Shown: in pieces, positions 35,645-49,288 of the stretch
Layout of the letters: each line of letters opens with the position of its first letter
Position numbering within the stretch: position 1 is the stretch's first letter
From: the human T2T-CHM13v2.0 reference genome, Homo sapiens
DNA length: 64,000 nucleotides
Strand: one strand, 5' to 3'
Assembly (NCBI RefSeq): GCF_009914755.1
Contig: NC_060933.1
Notes under the pieces: model-generated
Databases searched by the model: none
What the model was told of the DNA's origin: nothing
The model's input: only the letters and a program-made list of their open reading frames with translations
Translations under genes and position numbers: made by a program

Positions 35645-36126
35645 GTAAGACACACAGAGATGGGCGACCTTTGGACTTGTTGACTTATCCTCTCCTGGCT
35701 TAGGTCTGGCCCCACTAAACAGCCAGGGAACAACACCTCCACCAAAACGATAATGAACCTGAAAATGTAGAAGGCTTCATGCTCTGGCATGTGAATTAGC
35801 TTAGGTGGGACAAGTCAGGTTACCAGCTGCAGTCCCAAAGAGGAAGCCTGTCCTTCTGAGGCACATCAGGAGTGAACCAGACATGGGGCTACAAATACTT
35901 TCTGTACAAACATGAGCTTTGCTGTCCAACATGAGGACAGACTGTATCCCAGCTCCTGCGTGATGTGTAGTGTGCTATGCCTGGTGGAAGATAACGAGGA
36001 AAGTGGGAAGATAGCACAAATTCACTCCTGTCACTGTGAAGTCACATGGCCTTCATTTACAAGGTGGTCTTTGGTCAGTACTAAAACAAGTCCTTTCAGA
36101 ATTAATGTAGGGCAGTGATTACGTGA

Positions 36127-36469
<343 letters not shown>

Positions 36470-36549
36470 TATATGAAGCTTTTTATTGACCTTTGTGTCC
36501 TGGTATCTCAATACTAGCAAAAAAAAAAAAAAGTGTACTTATTAGACAT

Positions 36550-36740
36550 GTACTTGCTGAGAATTTCACACAATCGTCCCATGTAATTGTTATAACAACC
36601 TCATGAGCAAAGTACTATTAATCCCCATGTTATGGATGAGATAACTGAAGCTTAGCCAGATTATGGGACTTGCACAGAGTCACACAGTTGTAATGGAGCC
36701 AAGATTTGAGCTCAGAGTCTGATTCCAGAGCCTAAGCACT
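36550..36740 (-). mobile_element. MIR
   Basis: tactattaatccccatgttatggatgagataactgaagcttag...gacttgcacagagtcacacag. Confidence 0.7.
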
Positions 36741-39404
36741 TACTTGTTTCTCTGGACTGGTCACAGCCCCGCTGATAGTCTCTGTGGTGGGACATTTGCA
36801 AAGCAGATAGATGGATCAAGGGAAGGTGCCTCAGATGTCTACCCAGTCAGGTCCTGCTAGGATAGATGGTACAAGTTCTCATGGTACCTACGCCAAAAAT
36901 TGAGTCATTAATCTGAGGCATTTTATGATACACAGTCTGACAATCACTATTCTAGGCACTGCAGCAGATACAGATAGAAATAAGACAGCCCTTGTATTAA
37001 GGACATGCATTTTTAGAATTATTTTGACATTGCTTGGCATATTGTCTCCAGATTTTGCTACTATGCAGAATCCTTCAATAGATCCCTGACTGAGTATTTC
37101 TTTCCATATGTCTCTCTGGTTTGGGAAATGAGAATGAATATCTTTACTGAATGTGTTTTGTTATCTTTACTTGCTGACTAGCTGGAGGAAAACAATTGAC
37201 ATATGGAGAGTTTGTTGCTTTAAATGGACTTATAGGTCAAGGAAGAAAGGCAGATGCAGTTATTCTGGTATGCAGTGGAGGAATATTCTCAGAAGTCCTG
37301 AAAAGGCAGCTTGCCAAAGGATTAGCCTCGAGGTAAAAAGAGGAGGCAGAAACAAAGAATGGGGACTTACAAACACATGAAAAATTGGAGATACCAGTTT
37401 AGGGAACTCTGTACATTCTAACTCCCTTGGAAACAGTGGAAAATGTAATTCTGCAAAAAAAATAAAATAAATTTAAAAGATTCTGGCATATAGAATAAAG
37501 AATGAGGTAACTTAGACATTGATATAACACATTCAGGTGAGATTTTTCTTTGGTCATGTGGGTTGGTAGCTTCTTCCATAAGATGAAAAATTTCTAAAGT
37601 TAGAAGATGGAAACCAGAAATGGATAGAGGCATAATTCTCTTGTAAATCATGGTTGGATGTTAGAAAAGAGTTACATTTAAAAGATCACTCTTAAGAACT
37701 CTTCATGGAATGCTAAAAGAATTAAAATCCTCTAATTATTTCTGGCATGTAACTGAATCAGTGTTCATTATCTAGGAATCTAGGAATTACTGTTAGGTAC
37801 AAAAGGAAATGTCATGCATGTGTGCAGTGATGGCTGTATAGTGTCCTGGGAGCATGTTTTTAATGGTAAAGGTGCTTCTTTATTCTCATGCCCATACCTT
37901 CTTGTTCTCATAGAGGATCTAGACTACTGTGCTCAGATAGACATTCCTCTTACCCTACTGTTAGGGAGGGATGGGTGACCTCTAGGGCCTGAATCACAAA
38001 ACAAAGATGGAGAAGCTCCTAAGGAAGAAACTGAAGCAAATTGAGAGCCCTATATCATCTCCAAGTCTGCAAATAAATACCTCAATGAAAAGTGCCCTAT
38101 TCAAGACCGACAGTAGGTAAATTATATAATACACAACCTGATGATTATACATACTGACAAAATGGAATTGATTCGTTTACCTTAGCACTGATGATGTCTC
38201 ATGACAAAATGATTGATATCAATAAAGCCCACCATATGCATGCACCTCACCACAATCTATAGCAGATGCTGAACAAACTGCCTCACTTATGTTTCTCTAC
38301 TCTGGAAGAATCTTCCATCTTATATTTACAGACTGTGAGGCGACCCACTGGCAGGGAACATGAGGCTGCTCTGCAGGGCCCAGTGGAGAAGCCAGGTGAG
38401 CAGTTCTCCACACCTGGAGGAGTCCTGCCAGATCTCTCCCCTGTCTTCTGCCAAAAGGCACTGTCAGCTCGCCACATGCTCTCTTCAAACTTCTGGCACT
38501 CAGATTCCCCACATTGAACTCACTTTCTTTCTGAACTTATATCCAAGTTTTTTTTTTTTTTCCCTTATGTTATCAAGCCTCAGAGGAACAAAGCAAAAAC
38601 AGGAAAGTGGAGAAAAACCATGGTAGAATGTGCCAGAAGGATAAAGAGAAGTAGGAGAAGTTTATCAAATGGCTGCCATTTGCTGGTGATTTTTAAAAAA
38701 TCATCTTTTTATTAAAAGACATTACAATTGCCTAATACAAATACAGACAATGGAAATAGAGCAAGATCAAAGTACTCTTTCTCCTTTCTTAAAGGAAAAG
38801 ACTACCCACTGGTAGCACTCAGCCTTTTCATTTTTTCTAGTTACTTCTCAACTCCCCCAACCCAATAAAAATAGTCAAATATAGCTGACATTACCTTGCT
38901 TTTGATTCTTAAAATTTAAAAGTTCATTTCTCACAAGATTTATTGACTTATACTATGTTCTATATTTTCCAAGTATACTCAGAATATTCTTAGGGCTAGA
39001 GCCAGCCTATTTGCTATCAATTTGATATTTCCAGCTTTGCAGAACTCTCGTCTGTATCTGTATGTTTTGAAATCACCTGGAGATCCTAAAGCTCTCTCTC
39101 TACCTTTCTTGCATGGTGAGGTCACTTAACTCACTTATATCAAGATAAAATTAAGCTTTTAATACTTAAAAATGTGCTTCTCAGACTGTGGCTTATGCTG
39201 ACGTATAATGGCTATGGGTAAACATATTCTTGGACTATCATTCTAGCTCAAAGATTTTGAGGTAAAGTACGCTTATAATAAAACACAGGCCTCTATGTTA
39301 TAAAGTACAAAATACATATGGATTTTTTAAAGAAAGCACAAAACACTAAAGAAATTTCCACCTGCCCCTGGCTGCTTTGGGCTATCCTCACAAGCCACTC
39401 AAGG

Positions 39405-40070
39405 ATATATTCATTCAACAGCACATATTTAATGGGCACCTGCTATATGCTGAGGAACTGTTCTAGGTGCTGGAAACAGCACAGAACAAAACAGACAAAA
39501 TCCATTTATCTTCCTAGGAGCCATGGAAAAAACAAACCAGAGCAGGAGAACAGGAAATGGGTATAGGCTGCCAGCCACAGGTGATGCAGGGGAGCTGCAA
39601 TTTTCAGTAAATTAATAAAGAAAGGACTCACTGATAACATGGCATTTAAACAAGGATCTAAGGGAAGTGAAAAGGGGTCACCATGCAGAAGTCAGGGAGA
39701 AGAAAATTCTAGGAAAAGAGAAAAGCAAGTGCAGACGTCCTGTGGTATTTGCATTCGGGATATATTTCATGAAGAACAAAGAAGCCAGTGTGACTAAAAT
39801 GAGGTGAGTTTCAAAAAGGCTAGAGAAAATGATATGAGGCTGGGGGAAGAATGGCACAGATATTGTGGGGTTTTTTGTAAGTCTGAATGAAATGGGAAGT
39901 TGTTGGAGGATTTTGAACAGAGGAATAACTTGATCAGATTTCTGCTATACTGAGAATAGACTGTAGTTGGAAAGATATTACACTAAGCCAGGCCACAGAT
40001 GACAATGGCTTGGACTGTACCAGTAGCTGTGGAAATGATGAGAAGTGATCCAATCATAGATATACTGCAC
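39405..40070. mobile_element. L2 relic
   Basis: ttcattcaacagcacatatttaatgggcacctgctatatgc...; gttggaggattttgaacagaggaataacttgatcagattt. Confidence 0.65.
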
Positions 40071-40076
40071 CTGTAT

Positions 40077-40262
40077 TTATTTTCTTTCTTTCTTTCTTTC
40101 TTTCTTACTTTCTTTTTCTTTCTTTCTTTCTTTCTTTCTTTCTGTCTTTCTTCCTTCCTTCCTTCCTTCCTTTCTTTCTTTTCTTTTTTTCTTTTTCTTT
40201 CTTTCTTTCCTTTCTTTCTTTCTTTTCTTTTCTTTTTCTTTCTTTCTTCTTTTTTTCTTTTA
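40077..40262. repeat. Compound (TTTC)n/(TTCC)n polypyrimidine tract (expanded Alu tail)
   Basis: ~185 nt almost purely C/T on +. Confidence 0.95.
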
Positions 40263-40552
40263 TTGAAACAGGGTCTCACTCTGTCACTGAGGCTTCAGTG
40301 CAGTGGCACTATCACAGCTCAGCTCATTGCAGCCTTGACCTCCTGGACTCAGGTGATCCTCCCACTTCAGCCTCCCCAAGTAGCTGGGATTACAGGTGCA
40401 CACCATCATGCCTGAGTAATTTTTGTATTTTTAGTAGAGATGGGGTTTTGCCATGTTGGCCAGGCTGGTCTCAAATTCCTGGCCTCAAGTGATCTGCCCA
40501 CCTCAACCTCCCAAAGTGTTGGGATTACAGGTGTGAGCCACGGCACCTGGCC
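40263..40552 (-). mobile_element. AluJ
   Basis: J-type 'gcagccttgacctcctggactcaggtgatcctcccacttcagcc'. Confidence 0.92.
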
Positions 40553-40655
40553 ACCATTTTAAATTTTAGCCATTCTTATCAGTGAGTAGTGGTATTTCAT
40601 ACTTGTTTTTATTTGCATTTTCCTAATGGCTAATAATGTTAACATCTTTTCATGT

Positions 40656-41148
40656 TGTATTATCTTGCAATTGCTGCTGTAACTAATTACCACAGACTAA
40701 GTGATTTAAAGCAACACAAATTTATTATTTTATGGTTCTGGGGGCGTCAGAAAACTGAAATAGGTTTCACTGGGCTAAAAACAAGGTGTTTGCAGAACAC
40801 AGCTCTGGAAGCATTGAGGGAGTATTTCTCTTTCTTCAATTTTGATTTTCCTGCTCCTGGAGCCTATGCACATTCTTTGGCATCTTCAAAGTCAGTAGCT
40901 TAGCATCTTCAGATCTCTCTCTGACTCAAGCTTCCTCTTCTGCCTGCCTCTTCCATATTAAAGAATGTTTGTGATTACATTGAGTCCACTCAGATCATCC
41001 AGGATAATCACTTAATTTTAAGGTGACCTGATTAGCAATCTTAATTCCATTAGCAACCTTAATTCCCCCTTGCCACATAATATTACACATTCACAGATTT
41101 AAGGACATATTTGGCAGGGGAGAGGGATACATTAGTCTACTTACCACA
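40656..41148. mobile_element. MaLR solo LTR (MLT1D-like)
   Basis: tgtatt...gctgctgtaactaattaccaca...aacacaaatttattattttatggttctgg...tacttaccaca termini. Confidence 0.75.
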
Positions 41149-42127
41149 GTGTGCTTTGTTCATCTTTTGCATAGTGTCAGTTCAAGTCTGTTGCTCATTT
41201 TTAAAAAATGTGTTGCTTGACTTTCTCTTGTTGAGTTTTGGGAGTTCTTTATATATACTAGGTACAAGTCCTTTGTGGGATATTTGAATTGGAAATATTT
41301 TCTCCATCATAGCTTTTTTATTCAAAATTGCTTAATGTTATCTTTCACAGAGCAAAAGCTTTTCATTTGGATGAAGACCACGCTATCATTTTTTTTCTTT
41401 TACGGCTCATGCTTTTAATGTCATGTCTAAGAACTTCTTGCCTAAGACCAGGACACAAAGATTTTCTCCGTGTTTTCTTGCAGAAATACATTTCACCTTT
41501 AGATCAGTGACCTATTTTCAGTTATTTTTTGTATAAGGTGTAAGTTTGATAGGTAGCTTGAATTTTTTTTCGTATAGACGCCCAATTCTTCCAGTACCAT
41601 TTGTTGAAAAAGACAGCCTTTTCTCTTTTGAATTGTCTTTAAACCTTGTCAAAAATCTATTGCCGTTTCTCTGAGGGTCTGTTTCTGGACTCTATTCTGC
41701 TATGTGTCTGTCCCTTCATCAATACTCCATTTTTTTTATTACCGTGGCTTTAAGGTAAATCTTAAAATGTGGTAGTGTGATTTCTCCAACTTTGTTCTTG
41801 TTTTCAAATTCATTTTGGCTATTCTATTCTGGGTCTTTGTCTTTCCATATAAATTTTACTATCTGCTTGTCCATATCTACAAAAAGTCTTGCTGGGATTT
41901 TTTTGTGTTAATTCTACAGATTGATTTGGAGGGGGTAGGAATTGACATCTTTAGCATGTTAAGTCACTCAATCTATAAGGTATGAGAATTTTATGTCTCT
42001 GTTTACTTAGGTCTTATTTTATCTCTTTGATTAGCCTTTATTAGCTTTCAGCATGAAGATCGCATATACTTTATATGATTTACATCTGTTGTATTTTTTG
42101 TAACTATTGCAAATGGCATTATATTCT

Positions 42128-42295
42128 CTTTTTTAAAATTAGAGATGAGGTTTCACTATGTTGCCCAGACTGAAGTGCAGTGGCTATTCACAGATGTAAT
42201 CATAGCACACTACAGACCCACATTCCTTAGCTCAAGTGATCTACCTGCCTCAGCCTCCCAAGTAGCTGGGACTACAGGAGTTACTGCGCTTGGCT
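42128..42295 (-). mobile_element. FAM (fossil Alu monomer) with TSD
   Basis: Single monomer with 7SL-like 'gcagtggctattcacag'; TSD tggcattatattct (42114-42127) / tggcattgtattct (42296-42309). Confidence 0.8.
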
Positions 42296-45200
42296 TGGCA
42301 TTGTATTCTTTATTTCCATGTCCAATTATATATTCCTAGTTCACAGAAACATGATTGATTTTTGTGTGTTAGCCGTGTATTATGTAAACTTGATACACTC
42401 ACTCAATACCTCTGAGTTTTTTGGTAGATGACTGGGATTTTCTCAATAAACAATCATGTTGTTTACAAGTAAGAGTGGTTTTGCCTCTTTTCAATTTGTA
42501 AGCCACTTTTTTTTTTGTAGTCTTATTGTACTGGCTACGCATGCAATACAATAGTGAATAGGAATGATGACAATGGAGGTCCTTATCTTATTCCTAATCT
42601 TAAGAGGAAAGCATTCAGTTTCTCACCATTGAGTATGATGTTAGCTGTAGGTTTTTATAAATGCCCTTTATCAGATTGAGGAAGTTCCCTTCCTTTCCTG
42701 GTTTGCTGAGAGTTAATAACATGAAGGGATGATGAATTTTATTAAATTCTCTTTTACCTCAACTGACAAAGTCCTGTGGTTTTTCTTCTTTAGATTGTTA
42801 TTGTGATGAATTACATTAATTGGTTTTTAAATAACCAACTCTGCATTTCTGGGATAAAGTGTACTTGGTCATGGTGTATTATTCTTTATATAGATTTCTA
42901 GTTTGATTCGGCAGTATTTTGTTGAGGCTTTTTATCTGTGTTCATGAGAGATACTGGTCTGTCGTATTCTTTTTTGTATTGTCTTTGTTTGGTGTTAGTA
43001 TTAGCACAAAATGGCCTCAAACGATGAGTAGAGAAGTAATTGCTTGTCTTCTTTTTTTCTGGAAGAGATTGTATGGAATTGAATATATTTATTCTTTAAA
43101 TGGCTGCTACCATGCCCCAGTGAAATTTTCTGGATCTGGAGATTTATTTTTCAGTATGTAACCTTATGAACTTATGGAACACCATTATAGTAACTATTTT
43201 AATATCCATTCTGTGTTTGGATTGATTGATTTTTCACTTTAATATGTGCTGTTTTTTTTGTTTGTTTGTTTCTTTGCGTGCCTCATTATTTTTTGACTTG
43301 ATGCCAGACATTACAAATTTTACTTTCTTGGGTACTAGATATTTTTGTATTTCTATAAATATCCTTGAGCTGTGTTCTGGGAGCAGTTAAGTTACTGAAA
43401 TCAGTTTGAACCTTTGGGGTCTTAAAATGTGGTAGACAGGACCAAAGCCATGTTTGGTCTAGAGCTAATTGTACCCTTTTACTGAGGCGGGACCTTTCTG
43501 AGTAGACTACTTAATGTTCCATGACTTACAAAGTTTGTCACTTTGGCTGATGGGATAAGATACTATTCTCAGCCCTGTATGAGCACCGTGTACTCTTCTC
43601 TATAATTCTTTTGTGTAGTTCTTTCCCCAGGCCGGGTAATTTCCTCACACTTATGTATTGATTAGTATGCTGCTGGCTACTTTAAGGAAACCCTCTTGGG
43701 TGTCCAGAGTTGTCCTTCTGTATAGCTCTCTCCTTTCTGTTACTTTGTCCCAGAAATTCTAACTGTTTTTGTCTCCTTGGACTCTTGGCTTTGTCTACTC
43801 AATTCAGGGAATCTACTGAGCTCTACAGGTCTTCATACTTCCAAAGCTGTAGCCTAGGAACTCTATCAAGGCAGTAAGCTGGGGCAATGTTGGGCCTTAT
43901 CTGATGTGTTTCCTGAGTATACAGAATTGCTGCCCTTTTTTGCCTGATGTCCAATATCTTAAAAACCATGGTTTCATCTGACTTTTTGATTGTTTTAGAC
44001 AGAATATTAAATCTGGTTCCTGTTAGTTCATCTTTGTCAGAAGCAGAAGTCTTGGTGCTGGGCTTTCAATTCAGCTCTGCAATTACATAGAGCTAGCCAA
44101 CTTTTGACTCCTTCTACGACAATGCAGTTAAGCACCTGTAATTCTGATTCCTCATCTCCCTACAACCTCCACAGCCATTTGGTTCCTAGAGGTTGAATGT
44201 GTTCCAATATTGTCTTATAATTTTCTCCCAAGCGGCTGACACTCATTTTGTGAGTTTGATACTGGCTGTTTTGATGTTAGCACCTGTGTAGGCAACGGTA
44301 TCTATGTCAGGATTATCGCCTGAGTGAGAGGGAATATAAGATACTACTGATTGTGAGATGTATTCTGATTTCATATATGTTAAAGCATGAAAAGTTGTCC
44401 CTCTTGGAATCAATGAAATAGGGTATTTTGACAACAGAACTTTTTAACTGATTACATATAAAGATGAAGTAGAGGATGGCTCCAAGTTTTCTGGCCTAGG
44501 CAAATGGAAGGATGAAGTTCTCCAGATGGGAATGAGGAGGGCATCTTGTTTGGCCTGTCCAGTATATATCTTCTATTGTGCAATTACAGATAAACCAGGG
44601 AGAAAATTGAAAGCCTCAGATGCTCAACTTCTTATTTTGTTGGATATATTTTAAGAGTAATAAAACCGTCACGAAGATGTAAAACATACCATTTAAACCT
44701 CCTCAAGATTGGCAGACTATTTTTATACATAGTCAATTGTATTTTAAAATGACTCTCTCATTTTTAAAAATAAAATAAAATAAAGTGTCAGCTCCATAGG
44801 CATAGAGGGAAGAGTCTTTAAAAACATGAACTCATCAACGGATCTAAAAATAAGATAAACTCAGATATCAGAATAGGAAATTCTGTCTTTCAAAATATTA
44901 TCCTCATCACCTTTCTCTGACACAGCTGTGAATCACGCAGAACATCCACATATGACAAGATTTTAAAATGAATATAAAATATTCTATATAGAAAGTTGTG
45001 TGATATACATATAGATAGATATTTTTTAAAGAATACTTTTAGGTACAGTCCTTGGGAAGAATTTTCTTGAGAAAAGACATTTGCAACCCATATCTGTGAA
45101 ATGACAGAATTTATGATTCCCATGGAAATTTTGTTCATTGAATGGAGAAATGGGTTATCTGGTATCTGAAGCAGATCATTTAGAATTGTTGATTAATAAG

Positions 45201-46580
45201 CTAGAAATATGTCCTGAAGACTGGCATCATGGTTCAGTCAACAAAGCCAGAATAGATTAGGGCAGATGCACTCAATCGTAAAACAGTGTGCCTTTGTAGG
45301 AAAGGGCACCCAGAGGAATGTGCAGCACGGTGGGAGAGGATGTGGCCCCTGCCTCGCCAGCTATACTAATGGCATTAATCACCAAGGAGGCAGGTGTTGC
45401 CACCAGATTGCTCTCACATCCTAAGAGATCTTAAACACCACTCTGTGCACAATATTGTAATAGATGCCAAGTAGAAGCATCTTCCAATCCATCCCAAATC
45501 ATTGAGGATTTATCAGAAAGTGAGACAATTATTAATACATAAACAACTCAAAAGTGGCTTTTTATGAACATGCAGAAAATGAAATTTTTAATTGTTTTCC
45601 CTATTTTGTTTTTTGTTAAATTAAGAGTACTGTTCCTTAAAGTATGTCCTAAGATATATCAGCTGATTTTAACAGATGACACATAAGAAAAAGTTTTTAT
45701 GGATAAACATCTTAGGTATACACGGGGTTAAATAGAGTGAAATGGGTTTCTTTGGTGCAGTGCTCCTAAAAAAATGAATGAATATGCTTTGGGAATTTCA
45801 TCTGTGGGGTGTAGTATTTTGTATTTCCCCCATATTTTATCTTAGATCCCTTTTTCAGGACCATCTCGTGGGGCTAGTGCTTTGTTTATCTTCTTTGTCA
45901 CTGAATCCCTAGTACCTAGCATGGAGCCTGACACTAAAAGACACTCAAAAAATACTTGTGGAATAAAGTAATGAATTTGCAGATCGTTTAATGTCTGGCC
46001 AGGGGTCCATCAGCCCTTTTCAGAATAATATATAAGAGAAGGCTGTGGCTCTTCCTACTTCTGTGCCATGTGCTGCCAACTGCTAGAGTTTGTACCAGCC
46101 TGACTTGCTTCATTTCTCTTTGACTAGGTGAGTGCAAGGGGCATCAGGAAATACTATTTCACCTGGTCTACTTTCTCCATATACCCTCTTCCTCAACAAC
46201 TTTCTAGGAGGTTCTTCTCCTCTCTTTTTTGGGGGTGCATGCTAATGTTACCACACCCTGTCTTCTTTAGGGAACATACAGATATTACAGCATCAGCCAA
46301 GAGCTAGGGTATTAATGTTCCAGTTTATGGAATGTGAGTCACTTCCCAGCAGAGCAAGAGGGAGGCTGCATGAGCTGTGTGTGGGTCAGAAGACTGCTGC
46401 TGAGCATGGCAGGGCCAAACAGAAAGCTTTCCTTTTACTTGCACTTTATTTGAACTGTGGGTAAACAAAGACTTTCTATTTCTAGAAAGTCCCATTGTTT
46501 TAACTGCTTTGAGTTTCTTTTGCAAACTTAAAAAGTCATGTCTTTATGCAAGGCGTTTAAAGCTCTGTAGGCCCAGTCTC

Positions 46581-46883
46581 GGCCGGGTGTGGTGGCTCAC
46601 TCCAGTAATCCCAGCATTTTGGGAGGCCGAGGTGGGTGGATCACAAGGTCAGGAGTTCAAGACCTGCCTGGCCAAGATGGTGAAACCCCGTCTCTACTAA
46701 AAATACAAAAATTAGCCGGGCTGCAGTGGCAGAAGTCTGTAATCCCAGCTACTTGAGGCTGAGGCAGGAGAATCACTTGAACCCAGGGGGCGGAGGTTGC
46801 AGTGAGTCAAGATCACAATCATGCTACTGCACTCTAGCCTGGGTAACAAAGTGAGACTCCATCTCAAAAAACAAACAAACCAA
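46581..46883 (+). mobile_element. AluS (Sg/Sx-like) with TSD
   Basis: Full dimer; aagctctgtaggcc repeated on both sides. Confidence 0.95.
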
Positions 46884-47571
46884 AGAAGCTCTGTAGGCCT
46901 AATCTTAACTTTTTTTTTTTTTTTTTTGGTTCCTTTTCTATATTCCCCTTACACTTTTTTCTGTTGTTGTTCTTATATACCACAAATTCTTAGCTCTCTG
47001 AAATTCAACAATGTATGACATTAAAAACAGCTATAAGATTTTGTCATGAGTGGAATATTCAACTTTGTAGAGAACTCGATAATGTAACCTCTCCAGGGAA
47101 GGAATTGGGAGCATATGATTCTTTTTTCTCATTCAACAGATAATGTGCTAGGGGCCTTGGAGAGTTGAAACACTATTTAAAAAAAAAATAGTTTTTCAAT
47201 CCCTGTCCTTTAAGAGATTTGGGGTAGAGAGAGGAAAATAATGTTTACAGAATACTTACTGTGTTCCAGGCTATACATCCCTATATCTAGATTCATGTCT
47301 ATATTTATATCTAGTCACGACAATAGTATAAGGCAAGTTTTGTTTTCCCTGTTTTACAAATGAGGAAACTGAAGATCAGAGAAGTCAGGTAACTTCTGAG
47401 ATTCACTAATTTAAACTAAATTCTCCTAAAGATAGGATGATAATATTAAGGTTCAGAGAAATTGAGTAACAATTGGGATTATCTTATTTAACCTAAATCC
47501 TTCCAATGATAGGATAATTATGTACACTGTTAAAAAAAAATATGTCTGAACAGGCCAGGTGCAGTGGCTTA

Positions 47572-47826
47572 CCCATGCAATCCCAGCACTTTGGGAGGCC
47601 GAGGCAGGTGGATCTCTTCAGTTCAGGAGTTCAAGACAAGCGTGGGCAACATGGCAAAACCACATCTCTACAAAATTACAAAAACCATCTGGGCGTAGTG
47701 GTGTGCACCTGCAGTCCCAGCTACTTGGGGTGCTGAAGTAGGAGGATCTCTTGAGCCCGGGAAGCTAAGGCTGCAGTGAGCTGTGATCACACTGTGATAG
47801 CGAGACCCTATCTCAAAATAATAATA
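47572..47826 (+). mobile_element. AluJ
   Basis: ggaggatctcttgagcccgggaag..ggctgcagtgagctgtgatc; short deletion near the 3' end. Confidence 0.9.
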
Positions 47827-47828
47827 AG

Positions 47829-48119
47829 GGCTGAGTGCAGTGGCTCACGCCTGTAATCCCAGCACTTTGGGAGGCTGAGGTGAGCGGATCATGAGGTCAG
47901 GAGTTCGAGACCAGTCTGGCCAATATAGTGAAACCCCATCTCAACTAAAAATACAAAAATTAGTCAGGCGTGATGGTGGGCGCCTATAATCCCAGCTACT
48001 TGGGAGGCTGAGGCAGAAGAATTGCTTGAACCCAGGAAACAGAGGTTGCAGTTGAGCCAAGATCACACCACTGCACTCCAGCCTGGGTGACAGAGCGAGA
48101 TTCCTCAAAAAAAAAAAAA
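47829..48119 (+). mobile_element. AluS inserted in the tail of the preceding AluJ, followed by a TA-rich tract to ~48200
   Basis: Full dimer with A13 tail. Confidence 0.95.
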
Positions 48120-49213
48120 GAATATGTAAATATATATATATATATTTATATATATAAATATGTATGTAAATATATATTTAATATATATATATTAAATAAA
48201 AAAGATAAGTATGAACAAAGAATCACACAGGGCTTCTGAATATGCTGGTAAATATTTTAAAACCTGCCTTTCTCTTGTCTTCTGAAGTGCCTTTCTATCC
48301 ATTTGATCTTGGACTATGCATTGTACTTCCCAGAAATTTCATTTGTTCATCAGAAAATCCTCTGTGCCAATGTCAGAAGTTTTGGGTGAGGGAGTAAATA
48401 GTATAATTTAGGTGAAATTTAACCTCTGCAGTACCATAAAAATATAAGATACTGTCATTACAAATGGAGTTCTGAATAAGAATGCCTGTGATGGTATTTG
48501 AGATGCATGTAATATAGCTCTAATTTTTAAAAATGTCTGTGTCTAATGAATTTAAGCTCAATTTATAAATAGAGTGAAAAGAAATCTATTATAAAGTGAT
48601 CTGTGGTTCAGTCAATTTCTAAAAAAAAATTTTAAAATAGAGTATAGTGTAGAGAAATGTTAAGAAACACTTATGGGGTGCTCACTACATATAGTATTAG
48701 GAATAGATATTGTGAAGGATATTTAAGAACTAGAAGGCATGATTTCTGCCCCTGGGGTGTTCAGCGCATACCAATATATCTTCCACTTCTCTTACCTGTT
48801 CTACTCATCCAAGATACTCTGCTGGAGAGAAGTCCAGATTTTGATGTAATAAATTCATCCTTTAAACATTATAATGTATTTTTATGTTTTAATTCAGCCC
48901 AAGTGTTTTTGATCATATAAGACCAGATTTTAAAATCGAAAATGAAAACTTGCAAACCAATTTTTCAGTATATCAAAATTCCTATTTTTTAAAAGGCCAA
49001 ATCCTCTAGGAGTTAACTAGTGACTAGCATCTTTGGCATATTTTATTTTGAGCAAAGTGAAAATGTTGATTTCTAAATATTGGCCTTCACATTTCAAACA
49101 CTTAAAAAAACTGTAGTTTTTAAGGTATGGAAGTCAGTGCCTTTATTTAGAAGGCAATCAATAATTTTGTGTCAAGTGACATGCTTTTAAGATTTTGCTT
49201 TGTTTCTCTCTAG

Positions 49214-49288
49214 CGGATGATACTGTGGTTGCAATTCCCTATGGAAGTAGACATATTCGCCTTGTCTTAAAAGGTCCTGATCACTTAT
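49214..49288 (+). CDS. ADAMTSL1: ADAMTSL1 internal coding exon (probably exon 6), 75 nt, phase 1-1; spacer domain
   Basis: Acceptor ttttgtttctctctag|CG, donor TTAT|gtaagt; encodes (S)DDTVVAIPYGSRHIRLVLKGPDHL(Y); frame continues from the 35518-35644 exon. Confidence 0.97.

Larger units (their letters stand above)
40555..44051 (-). mobile_element. Ancient L1MC/ME-like element, internally deleted, hosting MLT1 and FAM
   Basis: Degenerate antisense ORF2 text through 43150; 5' end-like 'ttcatctttgtcagaagcagaagt' at ~44030-44051. Confidence 0.65.

Noticed and set aside
35468-35790. ORF-track entries overlapping the 127-nt exon
   Set aside because: Wrong frame or strand; the true frame begins at 35518 without a start codon
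39983-40415. K/E/R-rich and F/L/S-rich ORFs
   Set aside because: Translations of the (TTTC)n tract and adjacent Alu
45620-45885. Possible hAT/MER DNA transposon relics (also ~12930-13450 and ~28125-28280)
   Set aside because: Only TIR-like starts were seen; I could not confirm family, both ends or 8-bp TSDs by eye
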